DNA of 64,000 bases from Candidatus Bathyarchaeum tardum (GTDB taxonomy: Archaea; Thermoproteota; Bathyarchaeia; Bathyarchaeales; Bathyarchaeaceae). Below the pieces are notes generated by a model. That model ran no database searches and was not told the origin of the DNA. It saw nothing but the letters and a program-made list of their open reading frames with translations. The position numbers and the translations under genes were made by a program. Position 1 is the stretch's first letter. Every line of letters starts with the position of its first letter. Below, piece by piece: positions 57,906-64,000 of this stretch. The stretch lies in the NCBI GenBank assembly GCA_024650005.2, contig CP122380.1, forward strand, positions 1,408,001-1,472,000, in the 5' to 3' direction.

Positions 57906-59000
57906 ATGAACAAAAAAATTCAAAATTCAAATAATGTTTGCATCATCGAACCTCGAGGTCATGGTGTAGGCGAGTGTGGCGTCGAGGAGCCGAACGGCTC
58001 CGACGACGACGCTTTCACTGACGAACAACCAAAAAAAGAAGATATTTTGAACGAAAAGGGAGAATCAATTCCCCTTTTAGACACACAGAACAGTTACGGA
58101 GAATACGGCAATTTCAAACTTGTTGGCCATGGAAAACCCACAAATGGAAAATGCGGTCACTTTTTCAGGTTCAAAGGCTGTTTGCGTGTCGATTTACACA
58201 ACATAGTAACTCTAGATGGAACCAACTATCAAAATAAGGCGTTTATTCGGCGTGTCCATCATTGGTGCCACAAACCCTCATGTCCAATATGCTACAAACA
58301 CGGATGGGCAGTAAGAGAAGCAGGCAACATAAACGCAAGATGCAAAGAAGCATCCAAAAAACATGGACAAGTAGAACACATCATTTGCAGTGTTCCCACA
58401 AAAGATTACGGTTTATCTTATGCTTACCTTCGCCAAAAAGCAGTCAGAGTTCTAAAAAAACGTGGAATAATCGGTGGATGCCTCATTTTCCACGGCTTTC
58501 GCTACAACATAAAAAGACAATGGTATTGGAGCCCACACTTTCACGTTCTAGGCTACATTCTGGGCGGTTATGGTCAATGCCGACACTGTAAACGCAAAGG
58601 AAATTGTTTGAAAGGCTGTGGCGGATTTGATGACCGCAACTACTGGGAAGGCTACCTAAAAGACGGCTGGATAGTCAAAGTTCTAGGAGAAAGAAAAAGT
58701 GCCTTTGGAACCGCATGGTACCAACTAAACCATAGCAGTTATGACAAAACCAAGAAACGATTCCACATTGCCACTTGGTTTGGAGTTTGCAGTTATCGAA
58801 AACTGAAAGTCACTCCCGAGAAGCGTAAAGAAGTATGCCCAATCTGCCAACAAGAACTTGTATACATCAAATATGTTGGAAAAACTTGTGTAATTAAACG
58901 AAAAGATGACCCTGATTATAATAGAGATAGTTTTGAAGATTTTTTGGATAGTTCAGAAGTTGTGCGTTGGATAATGGCTCCAAAGTCCACACAGACATAA
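57906..59000 (+). CDS. HUH-superfamily rolling-circle replication initiator (Cys-rich)
   Basis: HIICS (motif 1-like), WSPHFHVLG (HUH), AWYQLNH (catalytic Tyr), several CxxC. Confidence 0.8.
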   Translation: MNKKIQNSNNVCIIEPRGHGVGECGVEEPNGSDDDAFTDEQPKKEDILNEKGESIPLLDTQNSYGEYGNFKLVGHGKPTNGKCGHFFRFKGCLRVDLHNIVTLDGTNYQNKAFIRRVHHWCHKPSCPICYKHGWAVREAGNINARCKEASKKHGQVEHIICSVPTKDYGLSYAYLRQKAVRVLKKRGIIGGCLIFHGFRYNIKRQWYWSPHFHVLGYILGGYGQCRHCKRKGNCLKGCGGFDDRNYWEGYLKDGWIVKVLGERKSAFGTAWYQLNHSSYDKTKKRFHIATWFGVCSYRKLKVTPEKRKEVCPICQQELVYIKYVGKTCVIKRKDDPDYNRDSFEDFLDSSEVVRWIMAPKSTQT

Positions 59001-59252
59001 TAATGGAACTATGGAAAAAATGAAAAATTTGTTATCATAACAACCTTTTTTCATATTTGTGACTGTTATGCATTAAGGTTTAAAGCATTTTGAGTGAGTT
59101 CATTGAATGATATTTCTAAGAGATTGATGGTTTTTAGTTTCACTTACCTCCCCGTTTAGTTTAAGGGACATCTAATTTAAAAGATAATTAAATGATAATA
59201 AAACGTATCACAAATTAACCAATTAAATAAAAATATTTGGAGAAACAAAAAA

Positions 59253-59801
59253 ATGGTCAAAATAAGTGAGGATTTAAGAGACCTCATTTCCTCAACAATA
59301 AATAGTATCAAAGAAGGCTTGAAAGAGGAAAAATGCGGGGTATCTGGGACAATTAAATATGAAGTTTCAGCAGCAAAATCAAAAAAAGCCAAAACTGGAT
59401 TCAAAGTACTTGTTGCAGACGCGTCTGGAGATTACACCAAAGACAACACATCTAAAATCTCTTTTGAAATTGAAGGTGTGCTTTCAGAATCAGAGAAAAC
59501 AGCCCTGAATAACAAAATAAGTAAACTTCAAATTAACTTAAGTTCGAGTCATTCTGAAAATGGGCAACTGAAAAATGAAATACAGTCTTTAAATAGCACA
59601 GTGACAAAGCAACAAGGAAAAATAAAAGAAAAAGACGAAGAAATCAAAAAACTTGGAAACCTCAACAATCAACTTGTTAATAAAATAGCAAATATTGAAA
59701 GACAATTAGAAAGAGCACGTCAAGAAATAGGTGCCCAGAGCAACATTAACAAAAGGCTAAAAGATGAACTTGCAAAGAACCCACGAACGATTGTTAATTA
59801 G
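59253..59801 (+). CDS. Trypco2-like N-terminal domain fused to a coiled coil
   Basis: DLRDLISSTINSIKEG..IKYEVS..GFKV..SKISFEI pattern; heptad-rich C-half. Confidence 0.6.
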   Translation: MVKISEDLRDLISSTINSIKEGLKEEKCGVSGTIKYEVSAAKSKKAKTGFKVLVADASGDYTKDNTSKISFEIEGVLSESEKTALNNKISKLQINLSSSHSENGQLKNEIQSLNSTVTKQQGKIKEKDEEIKKLGNLNNQLVNKIANIERQLERARQEIGAQSNINKRLKDELAKNPRTIVN

Positions 59802-59838
59802 TCTGTTTAGCAATAATGAAAGAATTTGGAAAAATGTG

Positions 59839-60726
59839 TTATTTGCGTTTTCTAAATATCTTTAGTCCATCCATTTCTGTGACGTATTCAAACCCAGCCT
59901 CAATAAGTTTTAACGCTTCTTCTGTAGTTGTTGCTGTTCTTGCAATGTATTCTTCTTCTTGGAAGTTTACTAGGTGGGTGTAAATCAGGGTGTTTTCAAG
60001 TCGTTTATGTCCTAGTTGCTGTTTGACTAACAGAATATCTTTGGTTTTGTGATAAAGCATCGTAGCGAAATAGTGCCGAAAACTGTACATTGAGATTTTC
60101 AGTATCTCAGGTCTTTTTAGTTTATTTGCAGTTCTTCTTCTCAATGTTGTGAATACTCGTCGCATAGTCTTTACTTTTGGAAAAATATTGTCATTCAAAA
60201 CAAAGTTGTTTTTCCCAAGGTATTCTTTTAGCATCGCCAGAGTGTGGTCTTTTAACTTTAGAGTTCTCCCATTTCCATGTTTGGCAGTTTCCACATTGAT
60301 TGTTCCTCGATTCAAGTCAAACCATTTTAATTTAGTTCGCTCAATTTCTATTGGTCGCATTCCAGTATCTTTCATAATGTTTAGAATTAGGCTGTATTTT
60401 TTTCCAGCATCACATAACAATGCTGTGATTTCTTCTGTTGTTGGAACATATGGCGGTTGGCTTGAACGTTTGATTATTGGTTGTTGCCATTCTACGTTGT
60501 GATATTTTGCGTATCGATAATAGGCATTTGCCAAACTTTCGATGTAACTGTTTTTTGCTTGTTTATTTGCTAGATATTTTGTTACTTCTTCGGGGTTGTC
60601 AAGGTCTATTGATTTAGCCAGTAGTCTTAGTCTTCTGCCTGTTACTTCAATTGTTGATGGTGCATAATGGTCTTTTTTCATTTCCCATAGTGTTTTAAAA
60701 ATTCTTTCAAAACTACACGGGTTCAA
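59839..60726 (-). CDS. Tyrosine recombinase/integrase (intC portion)
   Basis: GMRPIE (R), TAKHG (K), YSFRH, LGH, TLIYTH (Y); begins 5 nt from the tRNA 3' end. Confidence 0.95.
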   Translation of the reverse strand: MNPCSFERIFKTLWEMKKDHYAPSTIEVTGRRLRLLAKSIDLDNPEEVTKYLANKQAKNSYIESLANAYYRYAKYHNVEWQQPIIKRSSQPPYVPTTEEITALLCDAGKKYSLILNIMKDTGMRPIEIERTKLKWFDLNRGTINVETAKHGNGRTLKLKDHTLAMLKEYLGKNNFVLNDNIFPKVKTMRRVFTTLRRRTANKLKRPEILKISMYSFRHYFATMLYHKTKDILLVKQQLGHKRLENTLIYTHLVNFQEEEYIARTATTTEEALKLIEAGFEYVTEMDGLKIFRKRK

Positions 60727-60730
60727 TGTG

Positions 60731-60806
60731 TGGAGCCTCGGGCGGGATTTGAACCCGCGACCTCTGCCTTACCAAGGCAATGCCCAACCAGCTAGGCCAC
60801 CGAGGC
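60731..60806 (-). tRNA. tRNA-Thr (GGT)
   Basis: GCCTCGG/CCGAGGC acceptor, TTGCC-TTGGTAA-GGCAG anticodon arm, GGTTCAAATCC, encoded CCA. Confidence 0.97.
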
Positions 60807-61019
60807 TTATGCCAACATTGTTGTTGGTTTCTGCAATTCGACATGCAGTTTGTTGTTTTTATGTTTTCTGCTTAAATCCAACCAAAACAGCAAAGAGAAT
60901 AGATTGTTTCCAGAAGTGTTTTGTTTGTTTATTGAAAATTGTGTTTGCCATAGGGGGATTAAGGTATAATTGGAAAATTTTGGAGAATTAGCAGTTTGAG
61001 TTTTTGTAAGTTAATTAAA

Positions 61020-61772
61020 TTATTCTTTTTTTTGGTTTATTATGTGGAAACGGATTCCTACTAACAGGAAAACGGCTAGGTATAACACTAAACCTGTGAT
61101 GTTCAAAAATGGTCCAAAGATGTTTTCTCCTCCTAGTCCACCTTTTACTAATTCGATAGTGTGTGTAAGGGGGGAGAAGCCTGACAGGAACTGACCCCAA
61201 CTTGGTAGTTCTGAAATGGGGATGAACACTCCGCTTATGAATAGTAACGGGATTCGAACAAAATTCATTGGCATCATGACTTGTCCAGGATTTTGTCCAG
61301 GTATAGAAGCGAACATGAGACCCATTGCTGCGAAGCAAAATGCTGATAGAATCATTCCTGCGATTAAAGCTATAATGTTTGTAATTGTTGATTGGAAAAA
61401 CACTACCCCTGCTATTATGGGAATTGAAGAAACTGTTAGGCCGTAAAGGAATCCTGAAATTGTTTTTCCCAGTAGAACTGTTTTGAGAGATATTGGTGCA
61501 GATAAGTAACGGTCAAAGGTGCGCAGTCTTCGTTCAAGAGGTATTGTTATTGGTCCAATTGATGAAGAAGCGAAAAACAGTGTCTGAGCTACTAGAATGG
61601 GAATGGCTTGGGCAATTGATACGTTTCGGCCAACAATGTAAGACAAGAACATTGAAAGTGGAAACAGTATTCCAAATATCAAAGAACCCGGTCTGAGATA
61701 ATAGATTCGTATGTCTTTTTCTCCAATTGCCCATGCAATTCTTAACACTTTTGTGACGTATTTGATCTTCAT
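61020..61772 (-). CDS. ABC-2 type permease
   Basis: LERRLRTFDRYLSAP, FISGVFIP, SPLTH. Confidence 0.92.
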   Translation of the reverse strand: MKIKYVTKVLRIAWAIGEKDIRIYYLRPGSLIFGILFPLSMFLSYIVGRNVSIAQAIPILVAQTLFFASSSIGPITIPLERRLRTFDRYLSAPISLKTVLLGKTISGFLYGLTVSSIPIIAGVVFFQSTITNIIALIAGMILSAFCFAAMGLMFASIPGQNPGQVMMPMNFVRIPLLFISGVFIPISELPSWGQFLSGFSPLTHTIELVKGGLGGENIFGPFLNITGLVLYLAVFLLVGIRFHIINQKKE

Positions 61773-62737
61773 TCTTGTTTGCTTCCACAGGTGTTCTGGT
61801 CAACTTCATGGGATATTCCAGTAATTTCCACAAACACATCTTCAAGACTAGGACCCAACGTGTTTATGGTATTAATTGTCAAATTGTTACTTATTGCATA
61901 GTTCCACAATTCAGACAATAGCTTTGGCACGTTCTCCGTGCTTAACCGATATTTGTCACCATGTTTCATGACCTCTTTTGTGTGTGAAATTTTTTCTAGG
62001 TCTTCAATTATGCCGTTTTTGTTTTTACCAAATGAAAGTTCTACAACCTGTAATTTTTTTATTGTAGATTTTAGCAGTTCTGGAGTATCTACAGCTACTA
62101 TTCGTCCTTTGTTAATTATTGCAATCCTGTCACACATTTGGTTTGCTTCTTCCATGTTATGAGTTGTAACAAAAACTGTTAATCCTTCAGCATTCAATTT
62201 TTTAACCAAATTTCTGATTATCAATGAACTCTGAACATCTAATCCCGTTGTGGGTTCATCAAGAAACAAAACTGATGATTTATTTATCAAGGCCATAGCT
62301 ATACAAAGCCGCCTTTTCATCCCCTTCGAAAAGTTATCAACTGTTTCTTTTCGTCTATCGTATAACCCAAACAAACGTAACAATTCTGTGGCTCTTTGTT
62401 CCCGTTCGCCTTTTGGAACATCATACAATCGACCAGTGAAATTCAGATTATCCCAAGCAGACAAATCAGAATAAACGTTAGACACGTCTGGAACTATGCC
62501 CATAAGTTCTTTGGCTCGCACAGATTGTTTGAGTATGTCGTATCCTAAAATTTCGGCAGTTCCCTGTGTTGGTCGAGATATGCCAATTAACATACGAGTC
62601 GTAGTTGTTTTTCCTGCACCGTTAGGACCCAAAAAACCAAAAATTTCACCCTGTTTAACTTCAAAATTTATGTGATCAACAGCCACAAGTTTTTCATAAC
62701 ACTTCGTTAGGTCAAAAGTCTTGATTGCGATGTCCAA
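61769..62737 (-). CDS. ABC exporter ATPase (DrrA-like)
   Basis: GPNGAGKT, FSKGM, LDEP, PSLEDVF. Confidence 0.95.
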   Translation of the reverse strand: MDIAIKTFDLTKCYEKLVAVDHINFEVKQGEIFGFLGPNGAGKTTTTRMLIGISRPTQGTAEILGYDILKQSVRAKELMGIVPDVSNVYSDLSAWDNLNFTGRLYDVPKGEREQRATELLRLFGLYDRRKETVDNFSKGMKRRLCIAMALINKSSVLFLDEPTTGLDVQSSLIIRNLVKKLNAEGLTVFVTTHNMEEANQMCDRIAIINKGRIVAVDTPELLKSTIKKLQVVELSFGKNKNGIIEDLEKISHTKEVMKHGDKYRLSTENVPKLLSELWNYAISNNLTINTINTLGPSLEDVFVEITGISHEVDQNTCGSKQE

Positions 62738-62920
62738 AATTCTTCACTCGTTAATTGTGTTTAGTGCTACAACATTAAGGTAACCGATAAGAAATAAACT
62801 GTTTTTCACTGCACTAATGTTTCAGGTTTATATTTTCGACAATTTGTTGTAACACAAACAATTGAAAACTTTGATAACAACATATAAGCAGAAATGATCA
62901 ATATTTACTGTAGAGAAAAC

Positions 62921-63103
62921 ATGTGTGAACTCAAAGTTGTTGTAAACGGAAAAAAAGTATTTGAAAACGCAATTTACGCAAAAGCAAACGATAACAACGT
63001 GGTAGTCAAGGACATAATGGGAAAATCAATGGATTTCAAAAATCACACAATCACCGAAGTTAACATCGCCAAAGAACAGCTGACGTTATCCCCCCTGAAA
63101 TAA
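62921..63103 (+). CDS. CooT family nickel-binding protein
   Basis: N-terminal MCE, ENA, DIMG pattern; 60 aa. Confidence 0.7.
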   Translation: MCELKVVVNGKKVFENAIYAKANDNNVVVKDIMGKSMDFKNHTITEVNIAKEQLTLSPLK

Positions 63104-63345
63104 AGCAAAACATAAAAAATGCATGCATTCAACCTTTTGCATCACGATAGGTCACTGCATAAATCTTGATTTGCAATAGTTTAAAATGGTGTTCGTTTTT
63201 TCGTAATTTTATTATATTTTTAGACAAATTTTATTTGTCTTAATCAGGGGACAAAGTTGATATTGATGTTGTAGTATATTGACGCAATAAACTTGGCAAA
63301 TTAACCACTTAATAAATTTGCATCAAGTTATTATTTAATAAAAAC

Positions 63346-63433
63346 GCGGGGGTCGCCGAGCCAGGTCAAAGGCGCAGGGCTTAGGACCCTGTCTCGTAGG
63401 AGTTCGAGGGTTCGAATCCCTCTCCCCGCACCA
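63346..63433 (+). tRNA. tRNA-Leu (TAG)
   Basis: CAGGG-CTTAGGA-CCCTG anticodon arm, long variable arm, encoded CCA. Confidence 0.97.
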
Positions 63434-63558
63434 TTTTATGTGCAAAATTGATATTTTTGAAAATTAAACAGAAAAGTAACAATGTTACTGAACCAAAAAA
63501 TAAATTAGAGCATTTAACACTAAGAGTACTATAGTAAAATTTTGAAATTTTCAAGTTC

Positions 63559-63840
63559 GTGATTTCGATGTCATTTAATGAAAATAGCATTGATTTGCGT
63601 CTTCATATGACAGTTAAGTCCTTAGCTGTTTTTCAGGATGAAATAAACTGTAAAATTGATGAGTTACTTAAAACTGTGAAGGCGCTTCAAGAAAAAGAGC
63701 AAGACGGAGAAAAATCCGATTATTTGCTTGAAAACATTTCTGAACTTTTAGATGATTTGCAAGTTTTGTTTTCTCAGAAAAATAATCTGTTCAACCAGAT
63801 TGAAAAATTAAAGAAGAATGAAATTGACTTGATGAAATGA
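63559..63840 (+). CDS. Small coiled-coil hypothetical protein
   Basis: Leu/Glu/Lys heptads; start uncertain. Confidence 0.55.
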   Translation: MISMSFNENSIDLRLHMTVKSLAVFQDEINCKIDELLKTVKALQEKEQDGEKSDYLLENISELLDDLQVLFSQKNNLFNQIEKLKKNEIDLMK

Positions 63841-63946
63841 CCAAATTGTAGGTTTAGGTCAATTTTTAAATTATTTTATGGGTTTCGGTTAGACTTGTAA
63901 AAAAACACATTTAAATTGTTAGATTCTACTGGTAAATTAAGGATTA

Positions 63947-63968
63947 AATCCCTGTCCCCGCACCATTT
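63947..63968 (+). repeat. Copy of the tRNA-Leu 3' end (att relic)
   Basis: AATCCCTGTCCCCGCACCATTT versus AATCCCTCTCCCCGCACCATTT at 63415-63436; 21/22 identical. Confidence 0.75.
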
Positions 63969-64000
63969 GTTAAACAAAAAATATTCATTTATCTGCAGCT

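Larger units (their letters stand above)
56657..60758. mobile_element. Integrated rolling-circle plasmid-like element in tRNA-Thr(GGT)
   Basis: Exact 30-bp direct repeat TGTGGAGCCTCGGGCGGGATTTGAACCCGC at 56657-56686 and 60729-60758; encodes a tyrosine integrase and an HUH Rep. Confidence 0.93.

Noticed and set aside
56657-60758. Element as a provirus
   Set aside because: No capsid, spike or packaging ATPase recognisable; plasmid or satellite fits better
60728-60991. 87-aa plus-strand ORF over tRNA-Thr (similarly 48679-49041 and 63381-63590 at the Leu tRNAs)
   Set aside because: Shadow ORFs overlapping clear tRNA genes
48895-63433. Long inverted repeat between about 48895-48940 and 63388-63433 as the ends of an invertible or mobile segment
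   Set aside because: Explained by two complete tRNA-Leu isoacceptors with identical 3' halves

Overview
Archaeal chromosome segment, probably Bathyarchaeia (inferred from gene content, the integrase C-terminal tail and IPEF-type sorting tails; not confirmed by a search). The core contains the rps6e-eIF2gamma-PIN-rpoE'-spt4-DPCK-rps24e-rps27ae cluster (interrupted twice), uS19, EF-2, korAB with a ferredoxin, tmk, a SAMHD1-like HD protein, glycosylation genes, Trm5/Trm112 and four tRNAs (Glu-TTC, Leu-GAG, Thr-GGT, Leu-TAG). The strongest discovery is a 4.1 kb element integrated in tRNA-Thr and bounded by an exact 30-bp direct repeat. It encodes a Cys-rich HUH rolling-circle Rep, an HTH protein, a Trypco2-like/coiled-coil cargo protein and a tyrosine integrase whose ATG and N-terminus sit at the opposite end and rejoin in frame only on excision. 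Other observations: degenerate att relics at tRNA-Thr and tRNA-Leu; two tandem hairpin units with G-U strand asymmetry (candidate new ncRNA); a PEF-CTERM surface-protein array with a hidden fourth member and paired operators; an AT-rich secretion/ABC cassette; a catalytically degenerate UDP-sugar dehydrogenase; and several genes that seem to need non-canonical start codons. All protein assignments are from motif recognition only.
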